Origin: Syntrophales bacterium
GTDB taxonomy: Bacteria; Desulfobacterota; Syntrophia; Syntrophales; UBA2210
Direction: 5' to 3'
DNA length: 64,000 nt
Assembly: GCA_963662405.2 (NCBI GenBank)
Contig: CAXXKT010000001.1
Location: forward strand, 320,001 to 384,000
Every line of letters begins with the position of its first letter. The first letter of the stretch is position 1. This document shows positions 50,102-58,886 of this stretch, piece by piece. Position numbers and translations under genes: made by a program. The notes beneath the pieces are model-generated. The model made no database searches. It had not been told where the DNA came from and worked only from the letters and a program-made list of their open reading frames with translations.

Positions 50102-52684
50102 ATGAAAGTGAAATGGTATGCTGATAAGCTGTTTTCGAGAAACAAAGGGCTATATCACTGGATGAATCTTATCTTCGCCCTCTTCTTTCTCGTTCCCGTC
50201 GGCGGTTTTATCTTTTTCGGCCTCAGGTATGACATTGTAGCGGACCAGTATTTTGCGCTCTTTTTTCTTTTCTTCCTGATCTTTTCGTTACTCGGGTTCA
50301 TCATACTCCGCAGGATCTTTGACCGGGTGACCGCCATCTCGAAAGAGATTTCGGAAAGGATCGCAGGTGAATTTCTCATCGATCAGCCACAGAACGGTCC
50401 GGATGTCCTCAACAACATCATAGAAACCTTCGGCACCCTGGAGGGGCGATTCGGGGTGACGTTCGGACAACTGCAGCAAAAGGTTACGGAAATATCCGCC
50501 CTGAAAGAGCTTTCGGACCTCTGTTATGTCACCTTTGATACCGATGAGATCCTGTACGTGACCCTGGAGAGGGCCTTGAAACTGACGCATGCCGACCTCG
50601 GATCTATCCTGATTCTCGAACGTCCGCATAGAAAGACATTCGTCGTCAAGGCGACCATCGGCCTTGGGGATCACCTCAAACTGGGCGAAAGGATCGATTT
50701 CGCGGACAGTATCGCTAAATATGCGGTTATTAACAAATCGCCTCTGGTTGTTGAAGATATTGAAAAGGATACCCGTTTTGCCCGAAAGAATCGCCAGCAC
50801 TATGCCACGAAATCCTTTGTGTGCATGCCCATCCGAACAATGCGTGACATTGTGGGGGTACTGACGATCTCCCGGAAGGATGACACCCATCTCTTTACGA
50901 ATGCGGATGTCGAGATCTTGGGTCCTCTTTTGGGAAATGCCGCCTTTACCTACGAAAATTTGAACCTCCTGGAGGAGAAAAAAGAAACGGGTTCCCACCT
51001 TGACGCCGTCCAGAAGATCATTCAGGTTATCAACTCAAGCCTGAGAGGAACTGAACTCTTCCACGCGATATTGGACGAGATGCAATCGGTCCTTTTGTTC
51101 GAGCTTGCGCTAATCTTGATAAAAGACGACATCAGACCGAATGAGCTAAAACTGCTCGATTTTACAGCTACCGGTTCGGGTCTTCTCCAGAAAGAGACCT
51201 ATCATCCCTATCAGGGATCGATATTCGAGAAAGTCCTGAAACAGGGTGTTACGCTGGTTATCGATGATATCGCCACACTCGAACATGAGAGTGAGAAGGG
51301 GTTTCTTTCCGGTCATCGATCCTGCGTTCTCGTACCCCTCAAGACAGGGGGGGATATCGCGGGGATCATGGTCCTGTGTGCGGAAAAAGCAGATCTCTTT
51401 TATCGATTACGGGAACTGATCGACAGAATAGCGGATGCCCTTTCTCTCGCCATCGAGAGAAACCGCCTCACCGACTATGTCGTCAAACGTGATCAAGAGC
51501 TGGATACCCTGAAACAGATCGGCAGTGCCCTCGCCTCTTCCACCTTCGACATCAGCCAGGTCCTGAACTATACCATGGATATGATCAGCGTGGCCATGAG
51601 TGTTGAGGCTGGCGTCTTGCTCCTGATGGGTGATGAGGGACTTGAATATACCGTCACACTCAATATTGATATGGCAAAATTGAAAGGAATGAATATCAAG
51701 GTGGGACAGGGCGTTGCCGGATACGTCGCGGCCCGGGGGAACGCGGTCATTGTAAACGATATGCTCAGGTCTTCTCTCTTTTCGCCCGATGTTGATGCGG
51801 CTACCGGGTTTCATACCCGGTCCATACTGTGTGTCCCCATGATATCAGAGGGAAAGGTCGCCGGCGTTATCGAAGTGCTGAACAAGCAGAACGGTGATTT
51901 TGATTCCGGCGATCGGCAGCTGTTGGAATCTATTGCGTCTTCGGTCAGCGTGGCCATAGAAAATGCCAACCACTACCATGAAACCGTCTTAATGGCTCAA
52001 AAAGAAGGGAGAATCCGTCGCGTCTTTCAGAAATTCGTCCCCGCGGAGATTGTCGACAGGATCGTTCACGACACAGAGACCGGGGAACTTGCGGTCGAAG
52101 AGTTCAGGATGCTCACTCTTATCAATATCGACATACGGGGCTTTTCGCCCCTTGCCCATAAGATCGGGGCGCAAAAAACCGTTCATATGCTCAACCGTTT
52201 TTTTTCCGTGATGGGGGAGGTTGTCTTCAAGCATCACGGGATTGTCGACAAGTACCTTGGCGATGGGTTCCTGGCGATATTCGGCGCTCCCGTCTCCAGT
52301 CAGAGAGACGCCGAAAATGCCCTTGCCGCGGCGATCGAGATGAAAAAATCGATCGCAGAGGTAAGCGCGTACTGGTTGCGAGAGGTGGGTGACCCCTTGC
52401 ACGTCGGCATCAGCGTGCACACGGGGGAAGTCGTTGTGGGGAACATCGGGTTTGACAAAAAGATGGACTATACCGTCATCGGTGACGCGGTCAATACGGT
52501 CTTCCGGCTCCAGGCGCTTGCGCGGGCATATCCCAATAGTATCCTGATCAGTGAGGACACCCTCCGCGATTCCCAAACCGACTTGGAGGTGCGTGAGGTT
52601 GAAGTCTCCGACACCTCTTCCATCGGGGGGCTCACGGTATACGAACTGATCGGGAACAAGACGGATGATCGAACATCCGCATAA
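50102..52684 (+). CDS. Membrane-bound class III adenylate cyclase with three GAF domains
   Basis: Two TM helices; GAFs; DIRGFS, DKYLGDG, DYTVIGDAVN..RL (ATP-specifying K and D). Confidence 0.92.
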   Translation: MKVKWYADKLFSRNKGLYHWMNLIFALFFLVPVGGFIFFGLRYDIVADQYFALFFLFFLIFSLLGFIILRRIFDRVTAISKEISERIAGEFLIDQPQNGPDVLNNIIETFGTLEGRFGVTFGQLQQKVTEISALKELSDLCYVTFDTDEILYVTLERALKLTHADLGSILILERPHRKTFVVKATIGLGDHLKLGERIDFADSIAKYAVINKSPLVVEDIEKDTRFARKNRQHYATKSFVCMPIRTMRDIVGVLTISRKDDTHLFTNADVEILGPLLGNAAFTYENLNLLEEKKETGSHLDAVQKIIQVINSSLRGTELFHAILDEMQSVLLFELALILIKDDIRPNELKLLDFTATGSGLLQKETYHPYQGSIFEKVLKQGVTLVIDDIATLEHESEKGFLSGHRSCVLVPLKTGGDIAGIMVLCAEKADLFYRLRELIDRIADALSLAIERNRLTDYVVKRDQELDTLKQIGSALASSTFDISQVLNYTMDMISVAMSVEAGVLLLMGDEGLEYTVTLNIDMAKLKGMNIKVGQGVAGYVAARGNAVIVNDMLRSSLFSPDVDAATGFHTRSILCVPMISEGKVAGVIEVLNKQNGDFDSGDRQLLESIASSVSVAIENANHYHETVLMAQKEGRIRRVFQKFVPAEIVDRIVHDTETGELAVEEFRMLTLINIDIRGFSPLAHKIGAQKTVHMLNRFFSVMGEVVFKHHGIVDKYLGDGFLAIFGAPVSSQRDAENALAAAIEMKKSIAEVSAYWLREVGDPLHVGISVHTGEVVVGNIGFDKKMDYTVIGDAVNTVFRLQALARAYPNSILISEDTLRDSQTDLEVREVEVSDTSSIGGLTVYELIGNKTDDRTSA

Positions 52685-52735
52685 TGCGGCGGGGCGATCC
52701 AGCCTCTGCCGATACCGGTCAAGGAGAGACAATTC

Positions 52736-53515
52736 TTAATCCCCGGGTCCCTTCTTTTCCGTATAGGCGTAGGCATTGTGATTGTGAATACTCTCCATAT
52801 TCTCCGCCTCCACGCTGTACCAGGTGAAGTTGGAGGAGGCGTTGAGTTTTTCCGCGACGGTCCTGACGACATCTTCGACGAACATCGGGTTCTGATACGC
52901 CGCCTCCGTTACATATTTTTCATCCGCCCGTTTGAGGAGCGAGAAGATCTCGCTGCTCGCCGATTCCTCCACCAGCCGGATGACGTCCTCGATCCAGAAG
53001 AATTTCTTGAATCTTAGAGTAACCCGGACTATGCTTCTCTGATTGTGCGCCCCCATTTCGCTGATTTCCTTTGAGCAGGGACAGGCGGTAGTGACCGGAA
53101 CGGCGATCCCCACCAGGAAGTCGGTTCGCTCGCCGTTGCTCTCTCCGCAGAAGGCACACTCGTACTCCATCAGACTCTTCGCCTTCGAGACGGGAGCTGT
53201 TTTCTCTACGAAGTAGGGGAAGCGTATCTCGATATGGGAAGATTCGGCGTTGAGCTTCTCTTTGATTCGTTGCAGGATAGTCCTAAACGTGTTGATGTTG
53301 ATCTGTCCCCGATACTCGTTCAAGATCTCTACAAAGCGACTCATGTGCGTCCCTTTGAAGCGGTGGGGGAGATTGACGTACATATTGACGGTGGCGTTGA
53401 CGTGCTGTTTCCCGTTTGCCTTGTCGAGGACGATGACGGGATACTTGATCCCTTTCACCCCCACTTTTTGAATATCGATCTTCCGGTGATCTTTGAGGTT
53501 CTGTATGTCTACCAT
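52736..53515 (-). CDS. folE2: GTP cyclohydrolase IB
   Basis: KGTHMSRF, CPCSK, HNQRS, FVED, ESIHNH. Confidence 0.96.
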   Translation of the reverse strand: MVDIQNLKDHRKIDIQKVGVKGIKYPVIVLDKANGKQHVNATVNMYVNLPHRFKGTHMSRFVEILNEYRGQININTFRTILQRIKEKLNAESSHIEIRFPYFVEKTAPVSKAKSLMEYECAFCGESNGERTDFLVGIAVPVTTACPCSKEISEMGAHNQRSIVRVTLRFKKFFWIEDVIRLVEESASSEIFSLLKRADEKYVTEAAYQNPMFVEDVVRTVAEKLNASSNFTWYSVEAENMESIHNHNAYAYTEKKGPGD

Positions 53516-53527
53516 TCCGATATGCCT

Positions 53528-53917
53528 TTATTGTTTCGAAGCGGAATACCCCGGTGAGGTGTAAACCGCCTTCGATCCCTCCGATTCCCATACCGCGACA
53601 CGGGATATGGTCAGGCCCAGCGGGGCAGCCTGTTCATCCAGTCGCTCACAAATAAATCGGGCGATCCTCTCCGCCGTGGGACTCACATCTTTGAACGGGT
53701 CGAGGTCATTAAGAAATGTATGGTCCAACTCCTTGAGAATCACGTGTAGCCACCGCTTCAGGACCCTGAAATCCAGGACCATGCCGTCTTTGTTCAGCTC
53801 TTCGGCTGCAACGGAGGTCTCCACCTTGAAATTGTGCCCGTGGAGCGGTTCGCGTTCACCCCCGATATCGAGGATATGGGCGGCGGAAAATGTTGTGTGC
53901 ACGGTAATCTCATACAT
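53528..53917 (-). CDS. 6-pyruvoyl-tetrahydropterin synthase family protein (QueD-like, PTPS-III motif)
   Basis: FSAAH...EPLHGHN, LDH, PTAE, VWES; no catalytic Cys. Confidence 0.85.
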   Translation of the reverse strand: MYEITVHTTFSAAHILDIGGEREPLHGHNFKVETSVAAEELNKDGMVLDFRVLKRWLHVILKELDHTFLNDLDPFKDVSPTAERIARFICERLDEQAAPLGLTISRVAVWESEGSKAVYTSPGYSASKQ

Positions 53918-53963
53918 AGGGCTTGGTCCCTTGCCGGTTCACTGCCCCTCTCGGGGATAACGG

Positions 53964-54620
53964 TTACAGGTAGCGGGTGATATCCGGTGCCTTTTCGAGA
54001 ATCAGGTCCGCCCCCGCCTGATGCAGGGGGGCCGCCTCGGAGTATCCCGTAAGGACACCGACGGTATAGGCCCCCACCTCTTTCCCCGCACTGATATCCA
54101 TGGGGTGATCCCCGACCATCGCCGCGCATGCGGGCTCCGTCCCCAGAGAATCGAGTGCCGTCAGGAGATGGTCGGGATGCGGTTTTACCCGCGCGGTACC
54201 CTCCCGGGTAATGACGGCATCACAGCAGGAATCGATATCGGGAAACAGCTGCACCACAGCGCTCCTGCAATTTCGCGTCACGATCCCTGTCTTGATCTGC
54301 CGCCGTCTCAGTTCGCGAAGCAACGTTTCCGTGCCGGGGAGGAGAGCCCCTTCCCGCGCCCCCTCGCTCTCTATGGTACCGATCAGTTCATGAGCCCGGG
54401 CGAAGAACTGTTCCTCCCTCCCCGGACAGCGTTCGGAGATGAGAGTTTTTCCTGCCTCGATCATCTCGAGGACATACAACCCCTCGATCACCTCCGGCGG
54501 GACGCAGTAATCAGACATCAGATCCAGGACCGCCCGACGCATCCGGGCAAAATCGACATTCAACTCGGCCAGGGTACCATCGAAGTCGAACAGAACCGCC
54601 TTCAGGGACCTCATGCACAC
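53964..54620 (-). CDS. HAD-family hydrolase (Gph-like)
   Basis: FDFDGTL; VTRN; KPHP; VGDHPMD. Confidence 0.92.
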   Translation of the reverse strand: MCMRSLKAVLFDFDGTLAELNVDFARMRRAVLDLMSDYCVPPEVIEGLYVLEMIEAGKTLISERCPGREEQFFARAHELIGTIESEGAREGALLPGTETLLRELRRRQIKTGIVTRNCRSAVVQLFPDIDSCCDAVITREGTARVKPHPDHLLTALDSLGTEPACAAMVGDHPMDISAGKEVGAYTVGVLTGYSEAAPLHQAGADLILEKAPDITRYL

Positions 54621-55753
54621 TCCTTCAGGTACTTCTCGATCCTGTTGATCCCCTCATCGATCTTCTCCATCGAGGTCGCATAGGAAAACCGGACATACCC
54701 CTCACAGTTCTTCCCGAAATCGATCCCCGGGGTGACACCGACATGGGCCTTCTCCAAGATATCAAAGGCGGTCTCATATGAATTTGTCGAAAAGGCCTTG
54801 ATGTTCCCCAGGATGTAAAATGCCCCCGTCGGTTCCACCGTGATCCCGAGACCGATCTCGCGGAGACGGCGAATGATAAACTTTCTCCGCTCGTTGAAGA
54901 TGTTTCTCATCCGGACCACATCGTCCTCCGCTTCCCGGAGGGCGGCGATACCTCCCCACTGAGCAAAGGAGTTGGGAGAGATAAAGAAGTTTTGCTGCAT
55001 CTTCTGCATGGGGCGGATGTACTCCTTCGGCGCGATCAGATATCCCAGTCGCCATCCCGTCATAGCATACGCCTTGGAAAATCCGTTCAGGACAAAGGCG
55101 TTATCGGTAAATTCGAGGATGGTGTGCTCGTTATCTTCATAGACGAGTCCGTGGTATATCTCGTCCGAGATGACGGGGAGACCGTATGACGCGATCTGGG
55201 CCATCCGTTCGATACTGAGAAGATTCCCGGTCGGATTTGAGGGGGAATTTATCATGATTCCCCTGGTCCGGGGGGTAATTTTTTCTCTGATCCCTTCCGG
55301 TGTGTATTGAAATCCGTCTTCTTCAAAGACGTTGACACGGGCCGGGACTCCTTCGAGAAAGGTGATGAAATTCGGATAGCAGGCGTAGTGTGGGTCGGAT
55401 ATGATGATCTCGTCACCCCGTTCAATCAGCGCCGAGAAGAGGAGAAACATGGCGGGTGAGGTACCGGATGTGACGATGACCCGGTCCGGTGAGACCTCCA
55501 CACCGTATTTTGTGAAATAGTGCTCGCATATCGCCTCTCTCAGTTCCAGCAGACCGAGGCTGTGCGTATAGTGCGTCTTGCCGTCCTTGATCGCCCGGCG
55601 ACAGGCCTCATTGATGCATTCGGGCGTGTCAAAGTCCGGTTCGCCGACCTCCATATGGATGATATCCTTCCCGGACCGTTCCATTTCCTGGGCCTTTTCA
55701 AGGATATCCATAACGATAAATGGATTGATTTCTGATGCTCTCTTGGTGACCAT
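54611..55753 (-). CDS. Class I/II PLP-dependent aminotransferase
   Basis: GEPDF, NSPSNPTG, SDEIY, FSKAYAMTGWRLG. Confidence 0.95.
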   Translation of the reverse strand: MVTKRASEINPFIVMDILEKAQEMERSGKDIIHMEVGEPDFDTPECINEACRRAIKDGKTHYTHSLGLLELREAICEHYFTKYGVEVSPDRVIVTSGTSPAMFLLFSALIERGDEIIISDPHYACYPNFITFLEGVPARVNVFEEDGFQYTPEGIREKITPRTRGIMINSPSNPTGNLLSIERMAQIASYGLPVISDEIYHGLVYEDNEHTILEFTDNAFVLNGFSKAYAMTGWRLGYLIAPKEYIRPMQKMQQNFFISPNSFAQWGGIAALREAEDDVVRMRNIFNERRKFIIRRLREIGLGITVEPTGAFYILGNIKAFSTNSYETAFDILEKAHVGVTPGIDFGKNCEGYVRFSYATSMEKIDEGINRIEKYLKECA

Positions 55754-55820
55754 AGCGTATTTCTTGTCCTTTAAATGTTTGAGATTCTACGGGGGACGTT
55801 ACTCGCCCGGCAGAATCTTG

Positions 55821-56648
55821 TCAAGGTGTTTGAGTTCTTCTGCCGTTCCCGGTCAGGTAATCGGGGCGGAGGGTCTTCGTAACCCGGTCTTCCCACCGAA
55901 TTTCCGGGGGCATAAAATCGAAGGCAATCTCAAGAAACGAGGTGATGATCCGGAGGGTAGCCCCCCAGAGGATCTCCTCTTCTCCCGTTTCTTCCCTGTG
56001 CACCAAGCAGGGAAAGTTTCCTCCCCCTTCCATCCCGCCATCCCGGTCTCCGTGGGGTGGAACGGAAAGGAGCCCGTAATTTTCCTCCTGATAAAAGGCG
56101 TCTACTGGTATCTCGACCAGTTTGTCCACCTCCCGGTTGGGGTGAAATACCCATCTCTTTTCGATGAGGCCCACTAGGGGAAAGATCGTCTTGGAAAACA
56201 TCAGGAGGTCGCTCGGGGGCAGTGGGCCGAGAAAGCGAAGGTTAAAAGGGCTGAGCCGTATTTCTTCCCACGATTCTCTGACGGCGTTGGCGAGAAACAG
56301 GGTGATGATATCGAAGGCGTCCTTTCCTCTCCGAAGGGCATGCCGTCGCGCATCCCCTTTCATGAGAGGAGGAACGCCATGGACAATGAAATATCGCAGG
56401 AATCGGTCCATCCACGGTTCCAGCTTTCCGCCCGGTCCGCTCAGGTCTCCGGACTGTGAGACGGCGTCCGATCTTTTGCTGAGAAGAAATGCCAGCTCTC
56501 CACCGGCCGACCGATCTTCTCTGAAAATGAGCGGTATCAAAACACCGGCCTCGAAGCCATTCTGTGCCCATCCGGCGTTTTTATCATAGACGATATCGGC
56601 TGTTCCCAACCTCTCTACGATATGTTGTATGATGGCATCTTTCCCCAT
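55821..56648 (-). CDS. NUDIX hydrolase (CoA pyrophosphatase-like)
   Basis: AGVLIPL, KRS..V.QSGDLSGPGG, AVRESWEE, ILWGAT. Confidence 0.8.
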   Translation of the reverse strand: MGKDAIIQHIVERLGTADIVYDKNAGWAQNGFEAGVLIPLIFREDRSAGGELAFLLSKRSDAVSQSGDLSGPGGKLEPWMDRFLRYFIVHGVPPLMKGDARRHALRRGKDAFDIITLFLANAVRESWEEIRLSPFNLRFLGPLPPSDLLMFSKTIFPLVGLIEKRWVFHPNREVDKLVEIPVDAFYQEENYGLLSVPPHGDRDGGMEGGGNFPCLVHREETGEEEILWGATLRIITSFLEIAFDFMPPEIRWEDRVTKTLRPDYLTGNGRRTQTP

Positions 56649-56728
56649 AAATCAACGCTCAGGATACAGGGTCACCTTGGAATACATGAAAACCGCAGGA
56701 TGATTCGTTCATGATCTGATTGCCCTGA

Positions 56729-57007
56729 CTACTCCCGGTCGCGATCCGTTTCCGGGGATTCCGACGAATCGCTCCTCGTATCACCACCAAGATAAAGAGG
56801 GGTCTTACACGAGGCACAGAGGGGAGAATCTTGGAGTCTGTCCTCCGGGATGCGGTTCTTGGTTCCGCAGTGCAGACACTGCACGATCAGTTCATCCAAA
56901 GGAAATCCGCATCTGCCGCAGACAGGCCGATCCTTCAATCGATCCCGAATGATACGATTCTTCTGCCCGCATCTGAGACAACGGACAACAAAGTAACTCC
57001 GAAGCAT
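56729..57007 (-). CDS. Tandem zinc-ribbon protein (TrxC N-terminal finger duplicated)
   Basis: CLRCGQKNRI...PVCGRC and CLHCGTKNRI...PLCASC. Confidence 0.75.
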   Translation of the reverse strand: MLRSYFVVRCLRCGQKNRIIRDRLKDRPVCGRCGFPLDELIVQCLHCGTKNRIPEDRLQDSPLCASCKTPLYLGGDTRSDSSESPETDRDRE

Positions 57008-57066
57008 ATCGATTTACCTGTGTGACTGATGGTGAACGGGTCTTGCACACAATCCATCGGTCGTTT

Positions 57067-58053
57067 TTACTCTGGTATGGAGATCTTTATGGTACCACCT
57101 CTTCCCAATATATCATGAAGGTGGATATATCCATCAAGATGTCCATCTCCGTCAATCGTGGCCAGTGTGGTAATCTCATCCCGCTGCATAATCTCAACGG
57201 TATGCGCCAGAGAGGTTTCAGGATCGATGGTCTTCGGTCCCTTAGTCATGAGGTCATCCACGATCTTTTCCGAGAACACCACACCTGCTCTGATATGCCG
57301 GCGCAGATCACCGTCAGTGAGAATCCCCAGCAGGCGATTTTGAGGATCCGTTATGAATACGAAACCCAGATTTTTTTCGTCCATTGTTTCAATGGCCGCC
57401 GGTGCCGACATCCCACTGGGCACCATCGGTATGCCATCCCCCCCGATCATGACATCCTTGACCCGTGCCATCAGCCGCTGGCCGAGGTGTCCCCCGGGAT
57501 GAAATTTATAGAAATCCCTCTCGGTAAAATCCATTTTTTTGACGAGGGCAACCGCCAGTGCGTCCCCCATTGCCAGGGTGGCGGTTGTACTCGATGTCGG
57601 GGCCAAACCGAACGGGCATGCCTCTTTTTCAACGCCCACATCGATCGTGACGTCACTGCTTGCGGCAAGGGTCGAATGCATATTGCCCGTTAAGGAGATG
57701 ATGGCAAGACCGATACCTTTCACATTGGAAACCAAGGTAATCAGCTCATTAGTCTCCCCGCTGTTTGATATACAGAGCATGACATCATCCCTGGTCACAA
57801 TCCCGAGATCCCCGTGGAGTCCTTCAACGGGGTGGAGAAAAATGGCGGGAGTCCCCGTACTCGTCAGGGTCGCCGCAATCTTTTTTCCCACGAGTCCCGA
57901 CTTTCCGATACCGGTTATGATGACCCGTCCCTTCGCGCGATATATGATCCCCACTGCTTCTGAAAAACTGGGTCCGATCTTTTCGATCAGATTTGAGATG
58001 CTCTCCGCCTCTATTCTGAGGACTTCCTTTGCCTGTTGTATTGAGTCAGCCAT
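57067..58053 (-). CDS. kdsD: Arabinose-5-phosphate isomerase (KpsF/GutQ, SIS + CBS)
   Basis: GIGKSG, HGDLG, SNSGET, EACP.GLAPTSST, FHPGG. Confidence 0.95.
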   Translation of the reverse strand: MADSIQQAKEVLRIEAESISNLIEKIGPSFSEAVGIIYRAKGRVIITGIGKSGLVGKKIAATLTSTGTPAIFLHPVEGLHGDLGIVTRDDVMLCISNSGETNELITLVSNVKGIGLAIISLTGNMHSTLAASSDVTIDVGVEKEACPFGLAPTSSTTATLAMGDALAVALVKKMDFTERDFYKFHPGGHLGQRLMARVKDVMIGGDGIPMVPSGMSAPAAIETMDEKNLGFVFITDPQNRLLGILTDGDLRRHIRAGVVFSEKIVDDLMTKGPKTIDPETSLAHTVEIMQRDEITTLATIDGDGHLDGYIHLHDILGRGGTIKISIPE

Positions 58054-58195
58054 ATGAAATGGTATGCCATCCTTATCGCTCGGATATAATAAAACGGGCA
58101 CACTATATACCACCCACCCGATTACCTCAAGATACAAAAAGCAAGAGGATCGAGCCAGGCGCTTGTCACAGTGTGTGTTTCTGCAGAAAAAGGGA

Positions 58196-58885
58196 TTAGC
58201 GGATCACCACTGAAGATACCGATTTTTCCAATCGTTTCCTCATGTCATCGAAGGTATTGTCAGGCCAGGTTTTCCCCTTCATGTATGCGGGATCCAGGGT
58301 CTTCGAGGGGATGAAGCGTTGCAGGACATACCGGTTTGCTCCCCTGATCAGTGTTCCGATCCGTACCACGTCTTGCTCCGTCAGGAGCGACTGCACAATG
58401 GTTGTCCGGAATTCATAGTCGATACCGGCCTTCATGATCAGGTGGATGCTTTCTTCAATCTGCTCAGGCTTGACCGGCGAGGCAACAATTTCTTCATACT
58501 TCTCGAGGGGCGCCTTGACGTCCATGGCTATATAATCAACAATAGGCTTGTCGATTAGTTTCCGCAGGATGTCGGGACGCGATCCGTTGGTATCGATCTT
58601 GACCAGATACCCCAATCCCCGTACCCGCTCGACAAACGAAATCAAGCCTCGCTGCAGCAGGGGCTCTCCACCGGTGATGCTCACGGCATCGAGCTTTCCT
58701 CTTCGTTGCTCGAGAAAGGCCATGAGGGTACGCTCCGCCACACCCTTTCCGGACGGAAATGACTCAACAAGCTCGGGATTGTGGCAGTAGGGGCACCTGA
58801 AATTGCACCCCGGAGTAAAGATAATGGCACAGATCTTACCGGGATAATCGATCAGCGAAAACCTTTGGATATCAACAATCTTCAT
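58196..58885 (-). CDS. nrdG: Anaerobic RNR activating radical SAM enzyme
   Basis: SLIDYPG; GCNFRCPYCHN; GGEP; follows nrdD. Confidence 0.94.
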   Translation of the reverse strand: MKIVDIQRFSLIDYPGKICAIIFTPGCNFRCPYCHNPELVESFPSGKGVAERTLMAFLEQRRGKLDAVSITGGEPLLQRGLISFVERVRGLGYLVKIDTNGSRPDILRKLIDKPIVDYIAMDVKAPLEKYEEIVASPVKPEQIEESIHLIMKAGIDYEFRTTIVQSLLTEQDVVRIGTLIRGANRYVLQRFIPSKTLDPAYMKGKTWPDNTFDDMRKRLEKSVSSVVIR

Positions 58886-58886
58886 C

